Shown: positions 1 through 11,200 of the stretch, in pieces
How positions within the stretch are numbered: position 1 is the stretch's first letter
Layout: each line of letters opens with the position of its first letter
NCBI GenBank assembly: GCA_964546895.1
Contig: CAZJLW010000005.1
Coordinates: 4,252-35,926 of the forward strand
Direction: 5' to 3'
DNA from: an uncultured Eubacteriales bacterium
GTDB lineage: Bacteria > Bacillota > Clostridia > Lachnospirales > CAZJLW01
DNA: 31,675 nt
The notes under the pieces: generated by a model
The model's input: only the letters and a program-made list of their open reading frames with translations
Told to the model about the DNA's origin: nothing
Database searches by the model: none
Translations under genes and position numbers: made by a program

Positions 1-374
1 GCATACGGTGCGGCTTCACTCACACCGCTCATTCGCGTACCGCACTTCGTACAGAACTCCGCCGCATACTCGTTCATCTTTCCGCATTTCGGACATGCTT
101 TCGTACCCTTGACAAGCTCAAGCTCATCACGTAGCTCCTTAATCCGCGCTTCGCAGCGTTGCAGCTCCTCATATTTCTCGTCGAAGAACTTCCCGAGCGT
201 ACCGCCGAAGGCATATATCTCGTGTACCTTTTTGCCCAGCTCGACGTATATGCTCTTCAAGCTGTCCTCCTCGTTGGCGAGCTTGACGGACAGCGCCGTC
301 GTCTTAAGCAGGGTGTTCGAGGTTTTTGTTACAGCCTTTGAAAACTTGAATATAGTATCTTTTAAGTCGCTCAT
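1..374 (-). CDS. Zinc-ribbon domain protein (N-terminal coiled coil plus CPKC...CTKC ribbon); 3' end runs off the window
   Basis: Absent from the ORF track. Manual translation from ATG at 374 (GCAGGTGA upstream) gives MSDLKDTIFKFSKAVTK...KGTKACPKCGKMNEYAAEFCTKCGTRM..., open to the window edge. Confidence 0.8.
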   Translation of the reverse strand, partial: MSDLKDTIFKFSKAVTKTSNTLLKTTALSVKLANEEDSLKSIYVELGKKVHEIYAFGGTLGKFFDEKYEELQRCEARIKELRDELELVKGTKACPKCGKMNEYAAEFCTKCGTRMSGVSEAAPY

Positions 375-378
375 GAAA

Positions 379-1152
379 TCACCTGCCTTGTCTATTATCA
401 AAAAATAATCGAATAGCGTTTTGTTTAGTTACTTCACAAACCTCTTCATAGCTTACGCCCTTTATCTCGGCAACCTTGCGAGCGATATACGGCAGATTAG
501 TCGAATCGTTGCGCTTACCGCGGTTAGGCTCCGGCGATAAATACGGGCAGTCCGTCTCAAGCAGTATGTACTCAAGCGGGATTTTTTGCACGACCTCCGT
601 CAAGCGGCGCGCGTTTTTAAACGTAACAGGCCCGTCTATCCCGATGAAATAACCGAGCTTAACATAAGCCTCAGCAGTTTCGACACTCCCCGAGAAACAA
701 TGCACAACACCACGCGCAACGCCGCTCTCGCGTACAATCGTAAGCGTCTGCTCGCAAGCATCGCGTGAATGTATGACGATCGGCTTCCCGACGGCTTTCG
801 CCAACTCCAACTGCCGTCTGAACACCTCGCACTGACAGTCCCGCGGCGAGTTGTCGTAATAAAAATCCAGCCCGGCTTCCCCGACAGCCACAACCCGCTC
901 GTTCTCGCAATACTTCGCAAGCAGCTCATAATCGCTTTCCGTTACAGCCTTCGCCTCGTGCGGGTGTACACCGACGGAGCAGTACACAAAATCGTAGCGC
1001 GACGCCAGTTCGACCGACGCGCGCGACGACTGCATATCCGCGCCAATATTTATGACGTACTCGATTCCGCGGCTTTTAAGCGAGCTTAACAGCTCGTCTC
1101 TGTCGCCGTCGAACCGATTGTCGTCATAATGCGCGTGTGTTTCAAAAATCAT
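379..1152 (-). CDS. tatD: TatD family metal-dependent nuclease/hydrolase
   Basis: N-terminal ETHAH, GVHPH, VGEAGLDF, HSRDA, HCFSG and LLETDCPYL motifs; follows metG as in the usual Firmicute arrangement. Confidence 0.95.
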   Translation of the reverse strand: MIFETHAHYDDNRFDGDRDELLSSLKSRGIEYVINIGADMQSSRASVELASRYDFVYCSVGVHPHEAKAVTESDYELLAKYCENERVVAVGEAGLDFYYDNSPRDCQCEVFRRQLELAKAVGKPIVIHSRDACEQTLTIVRESGVARGVVHCFSGSVETAEAYVKLGYFIGIDGPVTFKNARRLTEVVQKIPLEYILLETDCPYLSPEPNRGKRNDSTNLPYIARKVAEIKGVSYEEVCEVTKQNAIRLFFDNRQGR

Positions 1153-2711
1153 TGGGCATTACCTTCCAGTTCCTTTTTGATGTCTATTCTCGGGAAAACG
1201 ATGTCGCCCTTAGTGGCTTTTACACCCTTCGGCAGCAGCCCGAACTTCTTCGCGCTATCCCAAGTCAACATGCTCTTATCTGTCATATTAAGCTGACTGT
1301 GAATATGAGTAGGCGTGTTCGGCATAAACGGGCTTATAAGAATAGAAACCACCCGTAGAACCTCCGTAAGCACATACATCACGTTAGCCAGCTCGCTTTT
1401 CTTAGCTTCATCCTTCGCCAAAACCCACGGCTGAGTCTCGTCGATATACTTGTTCGCACGGCGAATAACAGCCCATATCTCCGTAAGCGCGTCGCTTAAC
1501 AACAAGCTTTCCATAAACCCTTCGACCTTCGCGGCGGTGCCTTCGCAAAGGCTGATAATATCAGCGTCGTAAGGTGACGGAGTATGCGCGTCTATTACGT
1601 TGCCCCCGAAATACTTATCAATCATACCGACCGTGCGCGAAAGCAGGTTGCCCAAATCATTCGCCAAGTCGGAGTTAATACGCGTAAGCAGCGCTTCCGT
1701 AGTGAAATTTCCGTCCTGCCCGAAAGCAATCTCGCGCAGTAAGAAATAACGAATAGCGTCCACACCGTACTTCTCGACAAGAACCTTCGGGTCGACGACA
1801 TTACCGACGGACTTTGACATCTTACTTCCGTCGATAACAAGCCAGCCATGCCCGAAAATCTGCTTCGGGAGCGGCAGCTCCAACGCCATCAAAAGCGCCG
1901 GCCAGATAATAGTATGAAACCGCACGATCTCCTTACCGACAAGATGCAAGTCAGCCGGCCAAAATTTATTAAAATCGTCCTCGTTCTCGGACAGATAACC
2001 GAGCGCCGTAATATAGTTAGACAGCGCGTCAATCCACACGTAAACGATATGCGACGGGTCAAACTCGACCGGTACGCCCCACTTAAACGATGTCCGCGAA
2101 ACGCACAAGTCCTCTAGCCCCGGTTTCAGAAAGTTATTAACCATTTCGTTCCGCCGGGCCTGCGGCATGATAAACTCAGGATTTTTTTCAATATGCTCTA
2201 TTAAACGTTCCTGATACTTCGACAGTCTGAAAAAATAACTCTCTTCTTTAATTTTTTCAACATCCCTGCCGCAGTCGGGACATTTTCCGTTAACAAGCTG
2301 CCGCTGCGTAAAAAACGTCTCGCACGGCGTGCAGTACAATCCCTCATACGCGCTTTTGTAAATGTCACCCTGATCGTATAGCTTCTTAAAAATCTTTTTA
2401 ACGCACTCCACGTGAATGTCATCCGTCGTACGTATGAAAATATCGTACTCGATATCCATCGTCTTCCATAAATCCTTAATCCATACGACGATATCATCCA
2501 CGTATTGCTGTGGTGTTACGCCCTTTTCCTTCGCGCGACGTTCGATTTTCTGACCGTGTTCGTCCGTACCGGTCAGAAACTTCACGTCGTAGCCGCGCAG
2601 CTTTTTGTAGCGCGCCATCGTATCGGCGGCGACCGTCGTGTACGAATGACCGATGTGCAGCTTATCGCTCGGGTAGTAAATGGGCGTCGTAATATAGTAG
2701 GTATTACTCAT
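1149..2711 (-). CDS. metG: Methionine--tRNA ligase, short form (~520 aa) without the C-terminal tRNA-binding domain
   Basis: YYITTPIYYPS, HIGH, GTDEHGQKI, Zn knuckle CTPC...CPDC and KMSKS motifs. Start moved to ATG at 2711 (GGAGG upstream); the ORF-track start at 2801 overlaps eda. Confidence 0.96.
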   Translation of the reverse strand: MSNTYYITTPIYYPSDKLHIGHSYTTVAADTMARYKKLRGYDVKFLTGTDEHGQKIERRAKEKGVTPQQYVDDIVVWIKDLWKTMDIEYDIFIRTTDDIHVECVKKIFKKLYDQGDIYKSAYEGLYCTPCETFFTQRQLVNGKCPDCGRDVEKIKEESYFFRLSKYQERLIEHIEKNPEFIMPQARRNEMVNNFLKPGLEDLCVSRTSFKWGVPVEFDPSHIVYVWIDALSNYITALGYLSENEDDFNKFWPADLHLVGKEIVRFHTIIWPALLMALELPLPKQIFGHGWLVIDGSKMSKSVGNVVDPKVLVEKYGVDAIRYFLLREIAFGQDGNFTTEALLTRINSDLANDLGNLLSRTVGMIDKYFGGNVIDAHTPSPYDADIISLCEGTAAKVEGFMESLLLSDALTEIWAVIRRANKYIDETQPWVLAKDEAKKSELANVMYVLTEVLRVVSILISPFMPNTPTHIHSQLNMTDKSMLTWDSAKKFGLLPKGVKATKGDIVFPRIDIKKELEGNAQ

Positions 2712-2724
2712 CAAGCATCCTCCG

Positions 2725-3681
2725 TTATTGCATAATGTGCAGTGCGAAGCCCCCGAACGACTCCTTAAGGTAAATGAAAGTCGGGTTCTCCTCCGTACCA
2801 CGCAGCGTCGTGTAATCCACCTCGACGCCCTTGTTTTTCAGATAAGCAATAGCGCGAGCGACGTTAGTCGTTTTTAAGCCGATATGTCCGTGCTGCCCTA
2901 AGCCTATAGTGTTCATAATCTCTATTTCAGCACCCGCGAAAAATCCCGCGCTAGTCTCGCGTCTCGCGAACCCGAACAGATCTTTCATCTTATTAGTCGT
3001 GCTCTGCGCCTCGTCCTTCGACGGCATATTTATTCCCATATGCACAAACTGGAAGTTATGCATCTTCATAACAGCTTCCTCGGACAACCGCGCGATTTCG
3101 TTGAAATTCTTCGAAGATATTAAATCGTCCTTAACCATCCAGCTTCCGCCGCACGCGACGATTTTGTCAAAGCTCAAATAATCGGTGATGTTAGTCGCAT
3201 CTATACCACCCGTCGGCATAAACTTAACCATACCGTACGGCGCACACATCGCCTTTAACGCCTTAATACCGCCGCTGGCTTCCGCCGGGAAGAACTTCAT
3301 GACTTCAAGCCCGTAAGAAAGCCCCGTCTCGATATCCGTCGGGCAGCTGGTACCGGGCAGCACCAGTATTTTATTCTCTAAACAATACTCAACAACACGC
3401 ACATTAAAACCCGGCGTAACGATAAACTTAGCGCCTGCCGCCACAGCCTTCTTCGCCAAATCAACGGTAAGAACCGTACCCGCGCCGACAAGCATATCCG
3501 GCAGAGCTTCAGCCATGTTCTTAATAGCAGCTTCGGCTGCGTTCGTTCTGAACGTGACCTCAGCTACATTTATACCACCCTTTAACAGCGCCTTACCCAA
3601 ATTTACGGCGTCGTCCGCGTCGTTAATTTTTATTACGGGTACAATACCGCATTCAAAAACCTTTTTCATGTTGTTATCCAT
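2725..3681 (-). CDS. eda: KDPG/KHG aldolase with a ~110-aa C-terminal extension
   Basis: GIVPV, EVTFRT, VGAGTV, FIVTPG, MKFFPAEASGG and FMPTGGI motifs; GGGAGG RBS. Confidence 0.9.
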   Translation of the reverse strand: MDNNMKKVFECGIVPVIKINDADDAVNLGKALLKGGINVAEVTFRTNAAEAAIKNMAEALPDMLVGAGTVLTVDLAKKAVAAGAKFIVTPGFNVRVVEYCLENKILVLPGTSCPTDIETGLSYGLEVMKFFPAEASGGIKALKAMCAPYGMVKFMPTGGIDATNITDYLSFDKIVACGGSWMVKDDLISSKNFNEIARLSEEAVMKMHNFQFVHMGINMPSKDEAQSTTNKMKDLFGFARRETSAGFFAGAEIEIMNTIGLGQHGHIGLKTTNVARAIAYLKNKGVEVDYTTLRGTEENPTFIYLKESFGGFALHIMQ

Positions 3682-3705
3682 ATTATGAGCCTCCCGTTTA
3701 TAATA

Positions 3706-4875
3706 TTATTCGCCCATTTTCTCATGGGCTTCCTTCAGCATCTTCGGAATATTGAGCTTGTACTCGCACCACGGCAAGCATTCGCCGCATTCGAGACAGT
3801 CCTTACCGCTCATTTTGATCGCACGGTAATCGTTAACATGTGCCGACGGATCCTTATCCAAGCTAGTGGATAACAGATACCGCGAGTACGACGCCAGCGA
3901 ATCTACAAATTCAACATCATGCGGGCATTTAAACTTCTCTAAGCAGTGCATACACTGACGGCAAAGGTTTTTGATGTACTTCGAAACCTTGTCGGCTTCA
4001 TCCATCAAAGCTTGCTTCTCCTCCTGCGACAGCCGCGGCTTAAGCGCAGTCTGAATATCCAGCTCGAACTCGCTGACATACTTAGCGCCTGCGTCAACAG
4101 TCGTGATGTACGGATTCGATAGGCAGAAGTTAAGCATTTTCTCGTAGTCGATGTTGATAAACTCGCGTAGCATCGGGTAAACCGGAACCATTCCGTTCCC
4201 CTCGAATGCTTTCATGTTGACGATGCCGATGTCCTTTTTGTTTATGTATTCCAAAAGGTTAATGTCACCGCTTTCGCCGAACGTACGGTTGAATACGTTG
4301 TACGGCAGCTCGACTACATCGAATACGTCCGTGTCGATGGCTTCCTTTACTTCCTTCGTGAACGGATAGTGGCTCGAAAAGCCCGCGAAATTTATTATGC
4401 CCTGCTTCTTATATTCCTTTATCGTTTCAAGCACGCCCGAGCTTTTGATAGTATTCCAGCGCTCAGTGCTTATGCCGTGCAGGAAATAAACAAGCTTGAT
4501 GTCGTTGTTGCCGATTTTTAAGTTGTGCCTGCCCGTAACGCCCAGCGTGTCAAGACTTTTCTGCAAATCCGGGCCGAACTCTTCCGGCGTGTAGCCGTGT
4601 CCCTTCGTTACGATTACGATAGGCTCCTTCAAATCTGTACGCTTTGCGATTACCTCGCCGACAACTCTCTCGCTTTCCAGCATTTCGCCTGAAGGCAGCG
4701 CCCCGTTGTACGCCCGCGCCGTATCGATAATGTTTACGCCGTTGTCGAGTACGTAGTTCATAAGCTCGTACGCTCCCTCAAAATTTCCGATTTTACGAAA
4801 ATTCATCGCGCCGAAGCCCAGCTCCGTAACCAACAGATTAGTCCTGCCCAATTTCCTACGCTTAATGTCTTTCAT
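3706..4875 (-). CDS. Aldo/keto reductase with C-terminal 4Fe-4S dicluster domain
   Basis: RKLGRTNLLVTELGFGAM, IDTARAY, GFSSH motifs; C-terminal CRQCMHC...CP and CLECGECLPWC Cys clusters. Confidence 0.88.
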   Translation of the reverse strand: MKDIKRRKLGRTNLLVTELGFGAMNFRKIGNFEGAYELMNYVLDNGVNIIDTARAYNGALPSGEMLESERVVGEVIAKRTDLKEPIVIVTKGHGYTPEEFGPDLQKSLDTLGVTGRHNLKIGNNDIKLVYFLHGISTERWNTIKSSGVLETIKEYKKQGIINFAGFSSHYPFTKEVKEAIDTDVFDVVELPYNVFNRTFGESGDINLLEYINKKDIGIVNMKAFEGNGMVPVYPMLREFINIDYEKMLNFCLSNPYITTVDAGAKYVSEFELDIQTALKPRLSQEEKQALMDEADKVSKYIKNLCRQCMHCLEKFKCPHDVEFVDSLASYSRYLLSTSLDKDPSAHVNDYRAIKMSGKDCLECGECLPWCEYKLNIPKMLKEAHEKMGE

Positions 4876-6449
4876 ACTTTCATCCTCCTATTAATAGTAT
4901 TCATAATGGACTTTGGTAAACCGTTCATAAAGTACAGCGATAAAAAATAAACGGCAATGCCGAAAAAAACAGATACTAAAACAGCAACGGTATTAGCAAC
5001 GGTATTACTCCCCAACAACCAATATATAAAATAATATTGCACATAACAAGCCGCGCCCATAATAGCCGACGCGAATAGCGGCTTCACAAACAGGTTGAAC
5101 AAATCCGGCACGGTTTTAAGCGTGCGGCACAGCACAACCAGGTCAATACCCGCCGCGACCATATAACAAAAAATCGTACTGATAACAGCGCCTAGTACGT
5201 TAACCTTCGGGTTCGAAATAAAAATAATGTTAAGCGGGATTTTTATGACCGCGCCGAAGAAAGCAGCAATAGCCGGGACATGTACCTTGCCAACGGCTTG
5301 GAGCATACCAGTCGTAATCTGCGCAAGCGCGAGGAAAATAATGCTGGCCGCGCCGTATTTTATAAGCAAGCCGCCCGACGGATATTTCGGGAACAGCATG
5401 AACAAAATCTGGTCGCCGAGAACACCCATGCCGACCGCCGCCGGAATCGACAGGCTCATCGCAAGCCACAGCCCGTAGAAAATCTTCTCGTTCGCTGTTT
5501 TGCCGTCTTTGGCAGCGAAGCTTGCCGCGACGCTTGGTATAGCCGCCGTCGCAAGCGATGTCGATATAGCCACTGGCATCGTGACGAGCGTGCCGTACTT
5601 GCCCGTAAGCTGGCCGTACAGTGCATATGCATCGGTCTCCGAAAAGCCCGCCCGCGTCGTCAAAATCGACATAACCATATTCACATCGATAAGGTTCGTT
5701 ATACTAAAAATTGCCGTCCCGATAATAATCGGAACAGCAATACCCACCAATTCCTTCGCGATGGTGCGGCGCGATTCCGGCTGACTCTTGTCGGCACGAA
5801 CATTTTTTATGATGGCAGGTTTTGCTAATAAATAAATCAGGAACATAACGACAAGCCCGGCAAACGCGCCGACGCCCGTACCGGCTGTACCGCCGGCCGC
5901 GCCGAACTCGACGCCTCGACCGATAAGCATATACGCAAGCACTACGCTGAACACGGCATTAAAAACCTGTTCGATGATTTGCGAGAGCGCCGTCGGCACG
6001 GTGTTGTTCATGCCTTGGAAGTAGCCCCTGTACACGGAAACTATCGCGACGATTAAAATAGTTGGCGCAAGCGTCAGCAAAGAGTGATAGCTAAGCGGGC
6101 TTTTATTGAACTCGCTAAGCCACCGCGCGCCCAGAAAAAGCGCCGTCATACCGACGAAGCCCGATACGGAAGCTACGATAAGAGATGTCCTGAAAACCTC
6201 ATGAGCATTTTTGTATTGTTTGAGCGTAAGGCGAACGGACGTCATTTTGGAAATGGCGGCGGGCAGTCCGGCCGAGGAGAGTATTAAGAAAAACATATAT
6301 AAATAATACCCGCCGGAATAAATTCCGTTACCTATATCGCCTAGCAAGTTCGTGAGGAACCACCTGTACACAAACCCAAGCATCCTCACGATCAAACCGG
6401 CCGCCGCCAAAATCGAAGCTTGTTTTAAGAAAGATTTTTTCGGCGTCAC
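4872..6449 (-). CDS. MOP-superfamily flippase (MurJ/YtgP/SpoVB/YabM-like 'polysaccharide biosynthesis protein')
   Basis: Many hydrophobic segments; SSAGLPAAISKM, RGYFQG, SQIIEQ motifs; GTG start. Confidence 0.87.
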   Translation of the reverse strand: MTPKKSFLKQASILAAAGLIVRMLGFVYRWFLTNLLGDIGNGIYSGGYYLYMFFLILSSAGLPAAISKMTSVRLTLKQYKNAHEVFRTSLIVASVSGFVGMTALFLGARWLSEFNKSPLSYHSLLTLAPTILIVAIVSVYRGYFQGMNNTVPTALSQIIEQVFNAVFSVVLAYMLIGRGVEFGAAGGTAGTGVGAFAGLVVMFLIYLLAKPAIIKNVRADKSQPESRRTIAKELVGIAVPIIIGTAIFSITNLIDVNMVMSILTTRAGFSETDAYALYGQLTGKYGTLVTMPVAISTSLATAAIPSVAASFAAKDGKTANEKIFYGLWLAMSLSIPAAVGMGVLGDQILFMLFPKYPSGGLLIKYGAASIIFLALAQITTGMLQAVGKVHVPAIAAFFGAVIKIPLNIIFISNPKVNVLGAVISTIFCYMVAAGIDLVVLCRTLKTVPDLFNLFVKPLFASAIMGAACYVQYYFIYWLLGSNTVANTVAVLVSVFFGIAVYFLSLYFMNGLPKSIMNTINRRMKV

Positions 6450-6465
6450 TCAATCACCCGCTTAT

Positions 6466-8298
6466 TTAGCGCCGCTTCGCCCTCGCCCTGGCGGTGGCGT
6501 CCAGTATTTTTTTGCGTATGCGCAAATTAATCGGCGTAACCTCGACAAGCTCATCATCGGTAATAAACTCAAGCGACTGCTCCAAGCTCAGTATAATCGG
6601 CGGCGTAAGCTTAAGCGCGTCGTCTGTGCCGGAGGCTCGCATATTTGTAAGCTGCTTTTTCTTGCAGACATTTACTTCCAAATCCATGTTGCGCGGGTTA
6701 ACCCCGACGATCATACCGACGTAAACGCGCGTTCCCGCGCCGATGAACAGATCGCCGCGCTCCTGCGCGTTATACAACCCGTACGGAACCGCCTCGCCCG
6801 ACTCAAACGCTACGAGCGAACCAAGCTGCCGCGACGGAATATCGCCCTTGTACGGTGCGTACTCCAGAAATTCCGTATTAAGAATACCGTTGCCCTTCGT
6901 GTCTGTCATGAACTCCTGACGGTAGCCGATAAGCCCGCGCGACGGTATGTTAAACTTAAGCCTCGTGTAGCCGCTGCCGGACGGTGCCATGTAAGACATC
7001 TCGCCCTTTCTGCTGCCGAGCTTTTCGATAACCGCCCCAACAAATTCCTCGGGTACGTCGATAGTGACAAGCTCCATCGGCTCGAGTAGACCTTCCTCCG
7101 ATTCCTTAAACAGAACAACCGGCTTCGATACCTGAAACTCGTAACCCTCGCGGCGCATCGACTCAATCAGAATCGACAAATGCAGCTCGCCACGCCCCGA
7201 CACCTTAAACGTCTCCGTCGATTCAGTTTCCTCGACTCGCAAACTGACGTCAGTGTTAAGCTCGCGGAACAGTCGCTCGCGCAGATGTCTGCTCGTTACA
7301 AACTTACCTTCCTGTCCGGCAAACGGGCTGTCGTTTACGAGAAAGTTCATCGCTATCGTCGGCTCGGATATCTTTTTAAACTGAATAGCCTTTACACTGT
7401 CCGGCGCACATAACGTGTCGCCGATTTTTATGCCTTCAATGCCGGATATTGCAACAATCGAGCCGTATTTTGCTTCGGTTACCTCCGCGCGGCTCAGCCC
7501 TTCGAATTCGTAAAGCTTATTTACACGCAGGTTCAAAAGCCTGTCGCTCTCGTACGCGTTTACAATAGTAACCTCGTCGCCTACGCGTATCGTGCCGTTT
7601 TCAACTTTGCCTACGCCTATACGCCCGAGGTATTCGTTGTAATCCACTGACGAAATCAGCATTTGCAGCGGCTCGTCGGCGTTACCCTCCGGTGCCGGTA
7701 TGTGTTCGATTATGCTGTTGAACAGCGGCTCCATATTAAGCCCTTCGTGTTCCCCTTCAAGATGCTCGAGTTCAACAAACGAGATACCCTTCTTCGCCGA
7801 TGCATATACGAACGGCGCGTCAAGCTGCACGTCGGACGCCCCGAGGTCGATAAACAGCTCCAGTACCTCGTCGACTACATCCTTTGGTCTTGCTTCGGCT
7901 CGGTCGATTTTGTTAATGCATACTACGACGGGCAGGTTAAGCTCGAATGCGTTACGCATGACGAACTTCGTCTGAGGCATCGGCCCTTCAAACGCGTCGA
8001 CCACCAACACGACGCCGTTTACCATTTTTAACACGCGCTCGACCTCGCCGCCGAAGTCAGCATGACCGGGCGTGTCGATAATATTTATTTTCGTTCCCTT
8101 ATAAAATACCGCCGTGTTTTTCGCAAGAATCGTTATACCACGCTCGCGTTCCAAATCCCCTGAATCCATTACGCGTTCCGCAACCGATTGGTTTTGGCGG
8201 AACGTACCGCTTTGCTTTAGTAGCTCGTCTACGAGCGTCGTCTTGCCATGATCGACATGTGCGATGATGGCCACGTTTCTTATTTCATCCCTAACCAC
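6466..8298 (-). CDS. typA: Translational GTPase TypA/BipA
   Basis: RNVAIIAHVDHGKTTLVD, ERERGITILAKN, DTPGHADFGGEVER, NKID, GRGELHLSIL and C-terminal KKQLTNMRASG. Confidence 0.97.
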   Translation of the reverse strand: MVRDEIRNVAIIAHVDHGKTTLVDELLKQSGTFRQNQSVAERVMDSGDLERERGITILAKNTAVFYKGTKINIIDTPGHADFGGEVERVLKMVNGVVLVVDAFEGPMPQTKFVMRNAFELNLPVVVCINKIDRAEARPKDVVDEVLELFIDLGASDVQLDAPFVYASAKKGISFVELEHLEGEHEGLNMEPLFNSIIEHIPAPEGNADEPLQMLISSVDYNEYLGRIGVGKVENGTIRVGDEVTIVNAYESDRLLNLRVNKLYEFEGLSRAEVTEAKYGSIVAISGIEGIKIGDTLCAPDSVKAIQFKKISEPTIAMNFLVNDSPFAGQEGKFVTSRHLRERLFRELNTDVSLRVEETESTETFKVSGRGELHLSILIESMRREGYEFQVSKPVVLFKESEEGLLEPMELVTIDVPEEFVGAVIEKLGSRKGEMSYMAPSGSGYTRLKFNIPSRGLIGYRQEFMTDTKGNGILNTEFLEYAPYKGDIPSRQLGSLVAFESGEAVPYGLYNAQERGDLFIGAGTRVYVGMIVGVNPRNMDLEVNVCKKKQLTNMRASGTDDALKLTPPIILSLEQSLEFITDDELVEVTPINLRIRKKILDATARARAKRR

Positions 8299-11200
8299 GA
8301 ATTACTCCTCTTTCCCGTTTCTTAAAAATAAAGTTCTTTACATTATTTACAAATAAATAAATAACCGGTATCAGTACAAGCGTTACAAGCGTCGCAAGCG
8401 ACAGCCCGAACACGACCACGATTGCAAGCCCCTTCATAAGCTCCGAGCCCTGCGTTACAGCGCTCATCATCGGCACAAGTGCGATAACCGTCGTAAGTGT
8501 CGACATAAGTATCGGGCGCAGACGTACAGCACCGGCAGTCCTCACGGCTTCGAACACTGGCATGTGCTTCTCGCGTATCAGGAAGTTCATGTAATCAACC
8601 AGCACGATAGCGTTGTTTATAACGACACCGGCCAGCATAATAAGCCCAAGATAAGCCGTGATAGACAGGTTGGTGTTCATTACGAACAACCCAAACATAC
8701 CGCCCGTCATAGCTATCGGGATTGAAAACATAACAATAAACGGATAAACAAGCGACTCAAACTGCGCCGCCATTATCATATAAACGATACCGATAGAAGC
8801 CAGCAACGCCAATGCTAGACTGCCGAATATCTCTTCCATCTGCTCAGTCGATCCACCCAGCGACCACGAAAAGTTCGAGCGAAGCTGATACTTCGACAGA
8901 ACAGCGCGGATATCGTTCGATACGGATTGCAAGTCGCGATTATCAAGCTTACATGTCACGGTGACAACGTTTAAGTTATCCTCACGCGAAATAGATATTG
9001 GCATATCCTTTATTTCAACGTCGGCCATCTCGTACAGCGGTATGTTACCGCCCATCGGTGAAGGTATGAGAATGTTTTTTATATCGCCAATGTAGTCAAA
9101 ATGCGCTTTGTCCTGACGGATGCGCACGTCAAACTCGTCGCCGTTTATTTTGTAAGTCGTAGCCACCGTACCCGAAACCGCGGTGCTTATTACGCTTGAC
9201 ACAGCGTAGCCGGTGATGCCGTAGGCTCCGGCTTTGTCGCGGTTGATTCTTATCGTGGCTACGGGTGACGCATCCTCGACCGAGGTTTTTGCGTCTCTCG
9301 TACCCGGGACCTGCGCAATGAGGTTTTTAAAATCGGTGGCCATTTCGTAAAGCATTGCCAGATCGTCACCTTTTAAAACAACGGTCACGTCATCGCCGCC
9401 CGCGTAGTTGCCCATAGACGACTGCATCTGCGAGACGGTTATCTTAGCACCGGCGACTGATTTTAGTACCGTAGACATATCCGCGGCGATCTGCATGGAC
9501 GAGCGGTCTCTCTCGGTTTTATCGACGAGCTGCACATTTATTCTGGCTTGATCCGTCGACTTGCTCCCGAAAAATCCGCCACCCCCGCCTACCGTCCAGT
9601 ATACATCCACTATTTCTTTGTAGTCCTTGATTTTGTCTATGGCGATGTTTGTGACGCGCTCCGTTTCTTCAAGAAGCGAACCCCTCGGCAGCGAAATGCT
9701 TATTACGACGCCGCTTTCGTCCGTCGCGGGCATGAACTCCTGACCGATTTTTGAGATACACGACATCGTAAGCACCAGAATAACAATAGTTAAACCCGCC
9801 GTAATAAGCTTATGCTTAAGCGCGGCCGTCAGCAGCGCTTTATAACCGGCGATAAGCTTGTCGATTAAAAACCCGATAAAATCCAGCGCAGCGGTGATAA
9901 TATTTTTGTGCTTATGCTCAATCGAGCCGAACTTAAACAGCAACGAACACGCCATCGGCACGAACGTCAGCGACACAAGCAACGACGACAGCAGCGAAAA
10001 GGCTATCGTCATAGCGAGCTGGCTGAATATTTCGCTCGTAAGTCCGCCGCCGAACGTAATCGGCAAAAACACGGCTACAGTCGTAAGCGTCGACGCCGTA
10101 ACGGCCATGCCGACCTCGCTTGCGCCTTCTATTGCCGCCGTCATGGAATTCGCGCCTTCTTCTATTTTCCGGTAGACACTCTCCAGCACCACTATAGAGT
10201 TGTCTACCAACATACCGATGCCGAGCGTCAAGCCGCCCAGCGACATGACGTTAATCGTTACGTTCGTGTAGTACATGAGTACGAACGTGGCGATGATAGA
10301 TATAGGCATAGCAGCCGCGACGATTAGCGTAGCGCGGAAGTTTCGCAGGAAAATGAACAAGATTATAACCGCGAGCAATCCGCCCTGCACGGCAGAGTTA
10401 ACAACCGTACTCAGTGTGAACCGCACGAACTCTGCCGGGTCGATGAGCATTTTCAGCGTTATGTCCGGCAAATCCTTCTGGAGCTTGGTCAGTTCCTTTA
10501 ATACCTTGTCCGAAACCTTTATTGTATTGGCGGTGGACTGCTTCTGAACCGTCAGTGATATTGAAGGCTTGCCGTTAATATACGACAGGCTGTTTGTTTC
10601 CTTAAAGTCCTCAGTTACCGTCGCTACATCACGCAAATATATTACCGTGCCGGTTGACGATATAATCGGCATGTTGCGTATTTCCTCTATGCTTTGAAAC
10701 TCGCCCGTTGTTCTAAGGTTAAGCGAGCGCTCGCCCTGCTTAATCGTACCGACGGGTGTGTTTCTGTTTTCAGCCATGAGCAGCTGGCTTATCGTCGTTT
10801 CAGACAGGCCGTAGCCCCTTAGCCGCTCCTCGTTAAATACTATGCTTATTTCCTTTTCAAGCCCGCCCGTCACATTAACAGACGCGACACCGTCCTGCTT
10901 CGCAAGGCGGTTCGTTATTCTGTCCTCCGTTATACGTTTGAGCTCGACTAGGTCGTACTTATCACTCGATACGCCGATGTTTATCGACGCCATTTCGTTC
11001 ATGTTGATTTTTACTACGACCGGGTTCTCGGCGTTCGCCGGTAGCACCCGCTTTATCATGTCTAGCTTCTCACGCATGTCGAGTGTTACTATGTCGATGT
11101 TCGTTCCGTCTTCGAACTGTACTACTACCAGCGACTGCTCGTTCGACGATACGCTCTGTATCGACTTCATGCTGCTTACCGTTCCCAGTATGCCTTCGAT

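Noticed and set aside
109-408. Plus-strand 99-aa and 60-aa ORFs
   Set aside because: Antisense shadows of the real minus-strand zinc-ribbon gene (1-374).
2712-2724. T-box or S-box leader upstream of metG
   Set aside because: Only 13 nt separate eda from metG; no room and no motif.
6352-7089. 245-aa plus-strand ORF, and similar long antisense ORFs at 5280-5828, 10842-11426, 25349-26041 and 26206-26730
   Set aside because: They lie opposite well-conserved genes and show no recognisable motifs; expected shadow ORFs.
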